64,000 nt of DNA from Tricharina praecox (taxonomy: Eukaryota): assembly GCF_024521635.1 (NCBI RefSeq), contig NW_026250407.1, forward strand, positions 1 through 64,000. The letters run 5' to 3'. Within the stretch, counting starts at the first letter, position 1. Each line of letters begins with the position of its first letter. This document shows, piece after piece, positions 37,095 through 49,998 of this stretch. A model generated the notes under the pieces. The model saw nothing but the letters and a program-made list of their open reading frames with translations. It was not told the DNA's origin and did not search any database. Made by a program: the position numbers and the translations under genes.

Positions 37095-40000
37095 ATGGCA
37101 AAGAAGGACTCTAAAAAGTCCGATGGAGCCACCACGAGCAACGATACGGCAGCGGCAGCGGCAGCGCCGGTCTTCTCGGCGGATGCATTAAGCAAACTTA
37201 CGGAGCGCATTCAGCGTGACTTCGAGAAGGCCAAGAGCGGTGGAGGGAAGGCGGGAAAGAAGGATCGCAAGAAGGGGAAGGACAAGGAGAAGGCCGCCGA
37301 TGACAAGAAGCCGAGCGACAAATCGTCGGGGAAGCCGCTGCCCGCATCTACGACTGTGCCCAAGGACAAGAAGAGCGGCGACGTAAAGGCGGGCAAGAGG
37401 GACCCACAACCCCCTCAGAGCGACAGGTTCAAGGACTCCCAGAAGCCGCAGCAGCGAGAACCGAGGCCCGAGAATTCCTCGAGACCGGCCAAGCAGCAGA
37501 AGAGAGAGCCACAACCGGCACCGCAGTGGCAGCCCCAGCGCACCAAGCCCCGTTCTTCTACCAGCAGCAAGCCGTCCGTGGACAATGACCCACCCCCAAA
37601 GAAGGTTGGATCTACCAGCAGCAAACCGTCCATGGACAATGACCCATTCCCGAAGAAGGCTGGATCTACCTCTATTGACAAGGAGGCGCTGCTGAAGGAA
37701 ATCATCGAGCTTGGCGGAACCGCTGAGGATCTTGCTCTGGTAGATGGCATTGCTTCGGACGATGAGGAAGAGGAGGGTCTGGTGATTAAGGAGGTCGGCA
37801 AACCGAGGGATGTTAAGTTAACCGACATTGAAGCGTTCATGAAAGAGATCGGTTTGGCCAGTGCGAAAATGTCGGATGTGGAAGAGGAGGAGGTGTCAGA
37901 GGTCGACGACGATGAGTGGGACGAGGAGGCAGGTTCTGAGGAAGACGGGGGAGAAGTCGAGGACGAGGAAGAGGAGGAAGAGGAGGAGGAGCAGGACGAG
38001 GCTACGGAAGACGCAGACGGCGATGTGGAGATGGAAGAAGTGGATCCAGCGCCAGCCGCTGCTCCTGTCCCAATAACTAGAAACTCGAAACTTGTAGGTC
38101 ATCGTTCACGATCATACTGTCTCTGGCTTGCTAATATGTCATAGGTTTTCCCCAAACGTCCTGACTGGCACGCAGAACCGCTTCCTCCCCTCACCGCACC
38201 TGTGCAGCCTCTTATGCCCCGCGAGATTAGACCTCTTCACGAGCGCGCCAAGACCCTCCTCCAGACCGAAAACGATGTCTACAGCAAGACGGAGCTCGTC
38301 AAGTCCTCGGATCGGCAGTTTTTGAGTCAGATCATGCAGGGCGGTACTCTTACCGATAAGATTTCCGCCCTCACTTTGATCTGTCAGGAGTCGCCTCTCC
38401 ACACTACCAAAACGCTGGAGAGCCTTCTCGGATTGGCCCAGAAGAAGTCGAGATCTCAGTCGATCCAGGCGCTCGGGGCCATCAAAGATTTGTTTGCCCA
38501 GGGCGTGTGTCTTCCTCCCAACCGCAAGTTGAAGTTCTTTGCGAAGCAGCCAATGTTGGGTGGTAAAGGGATAACCGATATCCACTTGCTTGTCTGGGCG
38601 TATGAGGACTGGCTCAAGAACTTCTACTTTGAGGTCCTGAAGTGTTTGGAGCAGTTGTGCACGGATCAGCTTGTGTACGCGAGAACCCATGCCGTGGGAT
38701 ACGTCTACACATTGTTGAAGGAAAAGCCGGAGCAGGAGGCTAATTTGCTGAGAGTTCTAGTGAACAAGTTGGTAAGTTATGACTTGGTTCATAATCATGC
38801 GAAACGATACACTGACATGCGTGCAGGGTGACTCGGATAAGAAAGTGGCCTCTAAGGTCTCGTACCTGCTCCTCCAGCTAACCAACGCACATCCGGCGAT
38901 GAAGAGCATCATTATCAAGGCGATTGAGTCGGAGGTGGTGTTTAAGCCTGGCAACCACACCAACGCCAAGTACTACTCGATCATCACCTTGAACCAGACA
39001 GTTCTGTCTTCTCTGGACCATGATGTGGCCAACAAGCTCCTCGACATCTACTTCGGTGTCTTCACCTCGCTGCTTCACAAAGAAAACTCTCAACCGATCC
39101 TGACAGGTGCGAATGCGACCGGTAAAGGATCGCACTTTAAGTTTGTAGACGAGAAGAAGCAAGAGAAGGACGACAAGAAGCTGAACAAGAAGGCTCGCCT
39201 CCGTGCGCAGAAGGAGGAAGAGCAGTCTCAGATCGAGGAGGAATCCAACGCCAAGCTGGTATCTGCGGTGTTGACGGGTGTGAATCGTGCATTCCCTTTC
39301 TCCAAAGTGGACGATGAGGTTTTCGACAAGCATATGGATACACTGTTCCGGATCACTCACCAGGGGAACTTCAACACTAGTGTCCAGGCTCTGATCCTAA
39401 TCTTCCAGGTTTCCAATGCGAAACAGGTGAGAATCAGCTGTCAATGAGATTTATCGTGGATGCTAATTCTTTTGTAGGCTGTGTCCGACCGGTTCTATAG
39501 GACTCTTTACGAATCTCTTCTCGATCAGCGTCTCATCACCTCCTCCAAGCAGGCGCTCTATCTCAACCTTCTCTTCCGAGCACTAAAGTCGGACACATCA
39601 GTCAAGCGTGTCAAGGCTTTCGTGAAGCGCATTCTTCAGGTTGCCACGCTCCACGCACCATCCTTCATTTGCGGTATCTTGTACCTTCTGAGCGAGCTGG
39701 AAATCAATATGCCCAGCATCCGCACCCTCATCACCGATCCCGAACCTAACGAGGATGACGAAGAGGAGGTCTTCCGCGATGTTCCGGAAGAAGACGAGAA
39801 CACCCCGGCAGCTCCCATCCCCAAGCCGGCCACACCGGTAGTGGGACCCATGTACGACGGCCGTAAGCGAGATCCCCTTCACGCCTCTGCAGACCGCAGT
39901 TGTCTCTGGGAGCTCCTTCCATTCTTGAACCACTTCCACCCCACCGTCGCCCTGTTCGCAGAGTGTCTCCTTGAGAAGAAGCCAATGCCCAGCAAACCGG

Positions 40001-40776
40001 ATCTTGGGATGCACACACTCACTCACTTCTTGGACCGCTTCGTGTACCGCAACCCGAAGACTACGTCCGCCTCCACTCGTGGAACATCCATCATGCAACC
40101 TCTTGCTGGCGGGAAGAGCTTGGGTATGGTTATTTCTACGCGTGACGGTAGGGCCCAGGTACCCGTCAACAGCGAGGCGTTCTGGAAGAAGAAGGTGGAG
40201 GAGGTTAAGCCTGAGGAGGTATTCTTCCACCACTACTTCAACATCACTAGACCTGGTGAGAAGAATGAGAAGAAGAGGAAGAGGGATGAAGATGACGACG
40301 ACGACGGCAGTGATAGTGAAGCCGAGGGAGAGATCTGGAAGGCACTCGTTGACAGTCGTCGTGATCTTGAGGGCTCGGGCGAGGAGGAAGATGTCGACTT
40401 TGATGATGACGATGATCTGGAAATCAGTGATGACGATGATGATGTCGAGATGGGTAACGATGAGGATCTTGACCTTGGGGATGACGATGACGAGTGGGGT
40501 AGCGACGACGGTGAGGATGATGAGGAGGAGGTGGAGGTCACTGGTGATGCGGCCATTGACTTTGAGGCACAGCTCGCAAGAGCTACTGCCAAGAGACAGA
40601 AGATGCTGGATACTGGCAGCGACGACGAGGACGACGGTGGTATCCAATTGATATCGGCACCCGTCGAGGAGGAGGCCGAGACCGAGAAAGACAAGAAGAA
40701 GAAGAGGAAGAAGAAGCTCAAGTCGCTGCCTACGTTTGCCAGCATGGAGGATTACGCGGACATGCTCTCGGATTAG
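37095..40776 (+). CDS. MAK21: Ribosome biogenesis protein MAK21/NOC1 (CBF/CEBPZ family); introns 38094-38144, 38772-38826, 39427-39477
   Basis: GTLTDKISALTL, KPEQEANLL..LVNKLGD, AVLTGVNRAFPF, YDGRKRDP, HFHPTV, FLDRFVYRNPK and C-terminal LPTFASMEDYA; splice sites join the ORFs in frame. Confidence 0.95.
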
Positions 40777-41098
40777 GTGTAATCAGTTGTGTGCTATTTT
40801 TTTGTTTTGTTAAAAGTTGGGATCTGATTGTAGTATATGGATGTGGCCTCTTCATATTGTTGCTATAGATTCTGTCTCACATCTCTACACTACTCTAATA
40901 TGTGTCTGAGTCGAGAAGAAAGACAGCTGTATTATATCCTCTGCTTCACGGTTCCGTTGTGATGCTCGGTGATGATTCCCTGACTAATCCGCAGAACCGC
41001 GCTAACAACGTCACTTCCTACCTGTCCCTGTAAGGTATCATAGCTTCCCCGCGACCAACAGCCCGCCTTCCGCCCTTCCTTCAACGCCCAACCTTACA

Positions 41099-42376
41099 AT
41101 GTCCGGCTCGCGCTACCTCCTTGTTGCCCTTCCCACCTCGATCTCGCGCAGTCATGATTCATCAGAAGCGCTCGCCAAAATCCGCGGCGTGATCCCGTCG
41201 GACGCAGGGAGCGTCTCGTCATTCCCCATTCCCGAATTCAAGATCGGCACGCTCGACGCACTCGTCATGCAAGCGGATGAGCTCGCAAAGCTCGACGCGA
41301 ACGTCGAGGGTGCAGTAAATAAGGTTGTCGATGTTTTACGCAATATCGTCCCTGGCCAAGAGAATGGACATAAGCTTGTTGGCGAGAGTGCGTGTCCCCG
41401 ATGTGCTAAGCCACCTCAGGGGAGAGGAGTGGTAGAGCTGATGTGGTGATAGAACCGGTGGAGAAGTACCTCGAGAACTTTCAGTGGAACAAGGTGAAAT
41501 ACCGAGCAGACAAGAGCATCGGCGAGACGCTCGCAGCACTGCAACGAGTATGGCTTCCCCACCTCCCCTCCCATCCTCGTAGCTAACAAAAAGCAACAGG
41601 AAGTCGTCGCGCTTGACGCAGACATCAAATCCGCCTACGGCTCCTACCAAAACATCAAATCGTCCCTTATCAACGTGCAGCGAAAGACGACTGGCAACCT
41701 GACTACCCGCTCCCTTGCCCCGCTCCTACGCAAATCCGACTTCGTATCGAACAGCGAGTACCTCGAGACGCTCCTGGTCGTGGTCCCCAAGAACCTACAA
41801 AAAGACTGGCTACACTCTTACGAGCAGTTCACGCCAATGGTGGTGCCCCGCTCCTCGCAGCTACTACATGAGGAAGGAGAATACCTACTGTACAACGTCA
41901 CCCTGTTCAAGAAACACGCGGCAGAGTTCGCGCAGAAGGCGCGTGCGGCGAAATTTACGCCCAGGGACTTCACGTGGAGCGACGATGCGGTGGAGCGGGA
42001 TGCGGCGGAGGCGAGGGATTTAGAGAAGCAGGAACGGCAGCTGTTCAATGAGATCATTCGGTTGGCGCGCACGGGGTACTCGGATTTGTTCGCCGCGTGG
42101 ATCCACGTTAAGGCCCTCGGCGTGTTTGTGGAGAGCGTGCTGCGATATGGTCTGCCACTGGAGTTTGTGAGCGCCGTCATCCGCACCCCCGGCGACAAGG
42201 AGGCGAAGAAGTGCAAGAGCAAGCTCGACTCGGAGTTTGGTTACCTCGGCGGAAATGCATTCGGAAGGGATAAGAAGGGGAACATCAAGGATGATGTTGG
42301 CGAGGTTGCGGCGGGTGTCAGTGGGCTGCATCTGGACTACAGTGCCTACTGTTACTTTGAGTTTGAGGTGCTGTAG
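41099..42376 (+). CDS. VMA5: V-type ATPase subunit C; introns 41388-41452, 41548-41599
   Basis: IPEFKIGTLDALV, FQWNKVKYR, SEYLETLLVVVPK, MVVPRSS, VFVESVLRYGLP. Confidence 0.96.
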
Positions 42377-43890
42377 ATCAGGAGGATGTGTGTATTGCTT
42401 TCTTTGCGGTTTGCTTGATAGTACATAGCCTCAGTTTGTTACCCCAGAGTACCTATATCATGAGTGGGATTTGTTGGACCTCGTCGTTTAAGTTGTGCTC
42501 CGATCAGGGTTGAATCAGAATCACATGCCGGTGGTAGATGGGATGGTTCACCGTTGTTTGTTCGAAGATGAGTATTTTATCGATCGGTTTCTGGCGGGGC
42601 TATTCGGAGGACTTGAACAAAATGTGTTTGGAAGTAGGCTGGTCATGAGATCTTGACTGGCCGTTGAGTCTGCTATGCTATTCAATAAACTATTGACTGG
42701 CTATACCCGGGTATGTCATTTTTGCGTTCGAGTGATGGAATCTCCAAGGCCTCTAACTGTGAATGACACCTTTATCGGCTTAGACGAGTTCCTCCCATTC
42801 GCCCAGCGTGGAACCAGCTTTCTCAACGACTTTCTCGAATGCCTCGGCAAATCGCGAAAAGCTCCAATAGAAGATATGTCAATTGCACGCCAGCGGTATG
42901 TACTGTACTATATTAATCGGCATCACCACTCCCCTTCCAAGCCTTGCCGACGATACGATATAAACGGAACTGGTCGCTGGTGGATGATTTACTCTAGTTA
43001 CTATACGCAAGTTTAACTGTAGCCATGTGAGCTACCTAGGTAGGTGTTTACTATTCTTGGATGGCACACGTGAATCAGGGCCATTCGTCCGAGGATTCGT
43101 TCTGGTACCTACCTGGTATGTACATACAAGCGGTGTCGCATCCCGCCGGCGTTTCGTTCTGTATGTATGCAGGCCAAGGAGAGGGGATGAATATCAGAAT
43201 TTCGCTACGACACTAAACCTCCTGAGTATATCTAGTCGGCAGTTCTGCATCCCCCCTCCTCCCTCCTCCCGGCATCTCCGGATGGGTGGATGGGTACTGA
43301 GGGCGGACATTCATCACTCCTCACTCGTGCCGTTACTACTACTCACGATTCTGTTGGAAATGATAATGGAGACCCAGTGAAGTGTATTGTCGCTACGAAA
43401 GATGTGGTTATTCTGCAAAAGCTTTTTTGTTTTTTGTTTAATCATAGCTTCGACTCCAGGAACACGACGAGTGGTACATCGCAATAGGTTCACTAATCAC
43501 CACTAATATCACGACTGCAGTAGAACAGCCATAGCTATACGGATCATAAAGACCGTATGCCGCTGAGGATATGTCGTCTATTTGTAAAGTAGTCGAGCAA
43601 TCGATGCACGTAAAACCCCCTCACGATTAGTAGGCTTACAATCCAACAGCTACAAGTCTAGGCAGTGGGAAGATTAGTGTATATACCGGATGCATATGTA
43701 CAGAACACCAACTTAGAAGCCGAATTTACCCCACACACACGCACTCCCGCTCATTGTGTCTAGTTGGTGATCCCCGGGCTAATCCGTCCATCTCCGCGGA
43801 ATGTAGCACGAAATGTATACTTGATGTCCGCATGACGTCGGTGGTCGCTCGTCGAGCTCATATAAAACCAACTACCCGTGCCCTCAATTC

Positions 43891-44706
43891 ATGAACATCC
43901 AAACGAACCCATCCAAGCGGAACCATCCAAACGACGACTCGCCGCTCGTAATGCCTTTCCCGTCCGCCCCCGCCCTCTCGGAAGCCGGTTTCCTGCCCGC
44001 CCTTCCCCGTAACCTAGAGCAGATAATCCTGACCCCTCACCCGCCCAAGCCGCTCCTGGTCAGCGATCTCCCTCCCATCCCGTCGACCGCCCTCGCGCGC
44101 GGAGTAACCGACTTCGCGGCCTCCAACCTCCCAAAGCCCACCTTCAACCACAGCATGCGCGTGTACCACCTCGGCCTCGCCATCCGCGAGCAGCACCTCC
44201 CGCAAGCCACCTTCTCCGCCGAGGTGTACTACATGCTGAGTCTCCTCCACGACCTCGGCACGACCCTGGCGGACACGGCGATGTCGTTTGAGTTCTCGGG
44301 CGCGATAAAGGCGCGGGAGACGCTGCTCGTGCTAGGTGCGGACGAGGTGTTTGCGGATTCGGTGGCCGAGGCGATAATCAGACATCAGGATGTTTATGAT
44401 GGTGCTGCGGACGGTGGACAGGGCGAGACGCTGACGGCGTTGACCGCGGTCGTGCAGTTTGCGACGTTGCTGGATAATACGGGGAAGTTTGCGGGGTTGG
44501 TGCATAGTGGGACGATGGATGACGTTGTTGCGAAGTGGCCGAGGGAGGGGTGGACGGGCTGTTTTTGTAGGGTGATCAGGGATGAGGGGGAGAGGAAGCC
44601 GTGGTGTCATACCACCACCATTGGCATCGAGAGGTTCCAGGAGCTGGTCAAGGGGAATGAGGTGGCGAGTAAGTATGAGGTTGAGATGGCGGAGAGGGTA
44701 GTGTAA
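43891..44706 (+). CDS. Cyanamide hydratase / urea hydro-lyase family HD-domain protein (DDI2/DDI3-like); start may be 43951
   Basis: NHSMRVY, LLHDLGT, MSFEFSGA, EAIIRHQD, ATLLDN, PREGW.CF, KPWCHTT; TATAAA at 43861. Confidence 0.88.
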   Translation: MNIQTNPSKRNHPNDDSPLVMPFPSAPALSEAGFLPALPRNLEQIILTPHPPKPLLVSDLPPIPSTALARGVTDFAASNLPKPTFNHSMRVYHLGLAIREQHLPQATFSAEVYYMLSLLHDLGTTLADTAMSFEFSGAIKARETLLVLGADEVFADSVAEAIIRHQDVYDGAADGGQGETLTALTAVVQFATLLDNTGKFAGLVHSGTMDDVVAKWPREGWTGCFCRVIRDEGERKPWCHTTTIGIERFQELVKGNEVASKYEVEMAERVV

Positions 44707-45153
44707 TGGATACCTGGTTTAGGTGTATGGCTGATGAGGATAGGGAGATAATGTTGCTATTTATTCAATGCACACCGTAAATACAAGCCAAGTTGACATT
44801 GCCCCCGCTTCTATCCGTGCCGCCACAATAGAGTATACTCCATTCCACTCTACTCAGATGGTTACGGTGTCCAACCATATTGAAGCAATGCCATCCAGTA
44901 AACAGCCCATCGAAGCTGCTGTCGTTCGGAAAACATCAGGGAAGAAGAACCTGAGTGTACGATAGCTGGGATGAAAGCGGAGGATGAACTGCCAAGCTTC
45001 CCACTGACAGTGATGGTATATATCCCTCAGGGGGCTCTGTTGGATGAATGAATTGCTAAAGAACTGAATCGCTTCTATCATAAGGGTATCTAAGTAAGTG
45101 TAGCTATAAGAAAAATGTGACGTAATAAAAACCAACCCATCCCGCTACTGCCG

Positions 45154-46366
45154 CTATACACTCCATGGTTTCGACACCCTGACCGCCCTCAACTCCTTGA
45201 CTAGCCCTTTTTCCCGTACATCGTCGTCCATGGTACGGTCCTTCGTCTGATCTCCGAGCCATCTTTGCAGCATCCCCTCCGTATCCGAAACATTGTCATC
45301 GGCATCGTCATCGTCTTCTTCGTCTTCCTCGTCTTCATCATCGTCGTCGCCCATCGCGCATTCCCCATCGAGCCCATCATCCTCTTCGTCGTCGCCTGTG
45401 TCCGTGTCCGATCCTGTCTCGCTCTCCTCCTCGTCTCCGTCTTCTTCTTCGCAATGCCACGAGAACACTCCTAGTGCCCCTCGCGGAACTGCCGCACCCG
45501 CCAGTACGGCCCGAATATGCAGCAGCGCGGGATCCGGTAGTGGGAACTTTCCGGGATTTTTGGTGAACAAGTCAAACTGCGCACCTGTCAGCTATCGTTT
45601 CATCCAGAGGCGACAGAAAACAAACCTCCGTCCCTTGCCTCAACAGCTCTCCTTGAGTCCTATGATCCACAAGGTTCATCTGCCGTCCAATCCACCTCAC
45701 TCTGACTCTGAACGCCCGCTTCTCGCCGTCGCGCATGGACTCCCACACCGGATCGACACAGCACGCCATGCGATCCCACCACTCGGCCGCGTCCTTCGAC
45801 AGACTCAACACATTCGCACTCGACTTCGCGAGCACTCCGTCGACAACGCACAGCTCCCTCAGCGCCGCTACATCTTCCGTCTCCCAGAAGAACTCCAGTA
45901 GACGCCAAAAGTGCTCGGCGCGATGACACCCCTCCATGCCTGCGGGGATGATGTATCCCCCCATGCCCACACCCACGCCGACGCCCACCCCGGTAGCGCC
46001 TGTGAGCTCGCACGTCCTCCCGGCGGCCCGTCCCCTCGGTACTGGCCCCTTGCCACCCGCACGCCTCCCGTCTCTCAGGAACTGGAACCCCTGTCTGATA
46101 TCTAGCACGACGGCGCCGAGGCCGTCCGCACGCAGACGACGGACGAGAGCGCGCGCGGTGCGGTTCTGGCATGGTGAGCGCGCGAGGAGCTTCCACACGT
46201 TGTTTTTCTGCTCCGGCGGCACGGCGGCGGCGGAGTCGAGCAGCGCTTTGAGCGTGCTGAAGAGGGCGGCACTCGGCGCGGTTGTTTCCGGCGCTAGTAG
46301 GCGACGTTGTAGGCGCGGGGGGAGGGAGCTCAGGTGCGCTGGAGGTTGCGAGGGGGAGAACGACAT
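45154..46366 (-). CDS. Fungal HNH-nuclease-like protein (HNH_2-type, degenerate) with acidic tail; exons 46366-45626, 45576-45154
   Basis: CELTG...YIIP...NVLSLS..WWD...and PLPDPALLHIRA pattern typical of fungal HNH_2 proteins; 49-nt GT-AG intron with CTGAC branch. Confidence 0.65.
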
Positions 46367-47223
46367 GTTGCGGATAGATGCTGGGTGGGAAGAAGGACGA
46401 CGGCAGGAGAGCTCTTTTATCTATGCACGATGCGATGGAGGTATCGTACTCTCATTATTATTCTCCTGCCTTCTCTCTGTCTCGCTCCTATCTCTCTCTC
46501 CGAAAAATGTGCGGAAGGATTGAGTTCAGCACTATCGACGTGGTCAACCGACCAACCACTCAGCTCATCTCTATCTTGCGCCCGCCCCCCTCCAGGTGGA
46601 ACCGGTACATACGCAGAGATAGAAAGAATTAATAGAGTGGCTCACTCGGACAGGAAAGATATTCAGCAAGCGCACGAATCAAGGGCGGTGGATAGATTAA
46701 GCCACCGGATTAAATCGAAATTATCCCCCGGACTGAGCATCTGAGAAGCGAACCCGAACCCCGCGTTTTCGTTTGGGTGTGTGCACTGTGCTGTGTTTAG
46801 TGAGGAAGCTTGCACCGGAGACATCGCGTTCCTGTGGACAGCACCAGGGAACGGCAGAGTCTAGATTATAATCCCCGCGCTCGTGTACCAATAGACGTCA
46901 CGGGAAGCGGTCGCCGGGGTATTGTGCTGCTCTGGTACGGTCGCGACTTGAATAATGTGTAGTTTCTTACCGCATCTACACCGCTCTCATGTCATGCGCG
47001 GATGTAGTGCGGTATTGGTAGCGGTACCTAGTAGCAGTGCTATGTGGTGGTGGTGTAGAAATAGTCTACGGATTCATCAAATCGGCATCACCAGTCCAAA
47101 CCAACCAGTCCGACCAAACCGCCAGCAAACAAGCCGACCAACGTATCATACAGCATCCGACAAAAGTAACATGGTTCTAACCGGGTACCCCCTCTCGTGA
47201 CAAAAACAATAACGCCATCCCGT

Positions 47224-48162
47224 CTACCTCACCATCCTCTCGTACAAACCCCACGCCAACGCCGAGCTGATCGCCTTCCTGGCCACCCTCAATCCCAGCC
47301 CATCAAATAGTGCTCGCCCCTTCCACCGCCTGCCCCCGGGACCCTCCTCGTTCCACACCAGCTTTGCCGCCGTAAGCATGTTGCGGTACTTATCGGGATC
47401 GACCTGTATCCTCGTCTTGAGCGCATCGAACGGATTCGTGACCGCCGTAGCCGCCGCCGCCGCACCCGCCCCACTGACAGAATTGATCACCATCGCCGTG
47501 TTATCGTCCATCGCCCCGCCGCCCACCCTCCGCATCTGCAGCCGCGACAGCGACTTCTTCGCCTGCTCATAGAACAGCACGTACAGTCCCGCATACGGCG
47601 CATCGCGCACAGCAGTGGCGCCCCACCCACTAAAGAAGCCGCGCACGCCCTCGACACGGAAGATATCCCTTCCGGCGGAGACCAGCGACGTGTACGCGTA
47701 CAAGCTGCTCTCGTAGCGCACCTTAAGCACCGTGACCGGCATCATGAGGTATCCGATCCCCGCGCGCGTCGCCGCGCCCGCCGCCAGGTTCGCCAGCCCG
47801 CCCAGCTGCGGCAGCGAGCTGCTCCCCGCCGGCAGGTTCCCCCGTTCCGCCCCGAGCGTGCTGCGCACAAAGTTCAGGCTCGAGAAGTACATTGCGCTGC
47901 CGGCGCCGGTGCGTATTGCGCTCGGCAGCGTGCCCCGCCATAGTTGGCGGATCGGCGCGGGGCCTTTGGCGATCGAGCGGATGGTAGAGAGGAGCGTGGC
48001 TGTGGCGGAGGAGCCGGGCGGCGGGGCCTGCTGCAGCCGCGTTTTGAGGAGGTCGGCGGGTTGCAGGATTACCGCTGAGAGTAGCCCGCCAAGGCCGCCC
48101 GAGAGGAAGTGGGAGCGCTTTCGGCGGGCGAGCGGCGGGGAGGGCGCGGAGGTGAGCGACAT
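47224..48162 (-). CDS. HEM25: Mitochondrial carrier, glycine transporter (SLC25A38-like)
   Basis: Three carrier motifs ([34 protein letters not shown]) plus [36 protein letters not shown]. Confidence 0.9.
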   Translation of the reverse strand: MSLTSAPSPPLARRKRSHFLSGGLGGLLSAVILQPADLLKTRLQQAPPPGSSATATLLSTIRSIAKGPAPIRQLWRGTLPSAIRTGAGSAMYFSSLNFVRSTLGAERGNLPAGSSSLPQLGGLANLAAGAATRAGIGYLMMPVTVLKVRYESSLYAYTSLVSAGRDIFRVEGVRGFFSGWGATAVRDAPYAGLYVLFYEQAKKSLSRLQMRRVGGGAMDDNTAMVINSVSGAGAAAAATAVTNPFDALKTRIQVDPDKYRNMLTAAKLVWNEEGPGGRRWKGRALFDGLGLRVARKAISSALAWGLYERMVR

Positions 48163-48962
48163 GGTTGTGACGTAGTTGTGTGAGGGCGGGGGTGGGGCGG
48201 GGCGATGTTGCACTGCGGAGATGAGGAGTTATGGTAGTCGTGTGGAGCGAGAGGTCATTGTTCCCAGCAAGCAAGAGCGAACGCGGGGCGCAAGCGTGGG
48301 CGTGGGCGAGCGGGCGAAGACGAATGGTTGGTTGGTTGGAGCGGTAGCTAGTGGAGCAGCAGCAGCAGCAGCAGCGGTGAAGGGTTTCGGGAGTGGAGGG
48401 GAAGCCCGCCTCCGCACCTTGCAATTGAGCCGCGCCAGCCAGCATGCAAATTCAGATGTCCGCTCCGATCCGGCCCAATCGCACAAGTTACTCACTGGCC
48501 GCGCATCTTCCTTCACGTCTGTCTGACACCGGCGGGGCAAACATTTCGCCCGTCAGAAGTAAAAAATCTTCAGCGAGGCGACCGATAGTAATCAGCAGGA
48601 AAAAAAAAGAAATCATGAATGGTTACGCGGACTGGGAATGTCATTGCGTCATGGAAGTTCCTGACTCCAAGGTGGCGCTCTGGATATGCACGTTGGCTTG
48701 CCGTATGACCCACCACATCACGCGTGCATCCTGTATGTACGAGGGGGTACGTCTTGAGAAGAAGAAAAATAGAGGTATTTACAGTGATTTGGAACGAGAA
48801 TCATCAAGGCAAAAAAAAAAAAAAAAAAACAGGTATACGGTATCGCCAGACGCTCTACTATTCTAGACGCACAAAAGGCAAGAAAAAACACTCAACACCC
48901 GCCGTGAACAACAAAGCAAGAGACGGAACGGAATCGAAACGGGAAGGAACAACGCCTCTACA

Positions 48963-49998
48963 CTATTTCAGGGGAACCAAAGGTGCCATCATCTAGAACA
49001 TAGCCTAGTGTCAGCGGGATTCACTGCTGAGGAAGAGAGAGTCCACGAACCTTCGCCTGCTTAGGCTCAATCATCAACGCCGACGCCTCGACGAGCACGA
49101 CCGGCTCCTGTCCATCCTGCGCCAGCGTCTCGATATGCCCCTCAACCCACGCCTTGCGTCCCTCGACCTTCACCGTCTTCGCCTTCAGCACGACAAACGA
49201 CTCTGCCGGGCTGGGCTTGCGGTAGTTGATGGTCAGATTCGCCGTCATGCCGATCTTGTTCGGCAGCGCGGGGAAGCAGCATCTCGCGAGCCCCTCGTCT
49301 AGCAGCGTCGCCAGCATTCCGCCGTGAATGAGCCCGGGGTATCCGCACAGCTCGGGGCCGAGATACAGTATCGACACGAGCGACTTGCCGCCCTCCTCGG
49401 ACCAGACGTAGGGCGGGACTTCGATCTTGCCCGGGCCGGCGAGCGCGCCAGAGGTGAGTGATGCGGTGCGGTACTGCTCATGGACCTTCAGTGTTGGGCG
49501 AGACTCGGTGAACTCCGGCTTCGACCGCAGCGAGATCGCCAGTGGGTGGTTGTTGATGGTCTCTTCGATCTCGACTTGTTTTGGTGCGGACGGGGTGAAG
49601 CGCTGCAGCGACTCCTCGTCCGAGTATGCGATGAAGTCGGCGGCGGACATGACTACAAATGCGGCGCCGGCGATGGTGGAAGCGATGGCGAAGCCGAACC
49701 AGGCGATCGGATGGAAGTAGAAGTGGTCTTTGAAGCGCGAGGAGAAGGTGCTTGGTGCGTGTACTGTGGCTGTCGAATACAGTCGTCGGGAAGGAGAAGC
49801 GAGTGATATCGAGTGCGGCTGGAAGTTCCTGATGCCCGGGAACACTGTGGACGAGATCTGCCTTTTGTAAAGTGCTGCGGAAGCGATATCGGATATCCCG
49901 CCGCGCCCGGCGCTCGCCCGGACCGATGAAGATGTTGGCAGAGCTCTCGCTCGAGCCCATGCAACAGCTCCCCTGCGCAACCCTGCGGCAATAGACAT
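48963..49998 (-). CDS. Mitochondrial hot-dog-fold thioesterase (PaaI/THEM4, FMP10-like); exons 49998-49051, 48992-48963
   Basis: LCGYPGLIHGGMLATLLDEGLARC, TANLTINYRKP, VEGRKAWVEG; Arg-rich presequence and a TM segment; 3' intron GTTCGT...CTGAC...TAG. Confidence 0.88.

Noticed and set aside
42675..43016. 113-aa ORF with intron-like GTATGT...CTAAC...TAG
   Set aside because: No coherent spliced protein or homology recognised.
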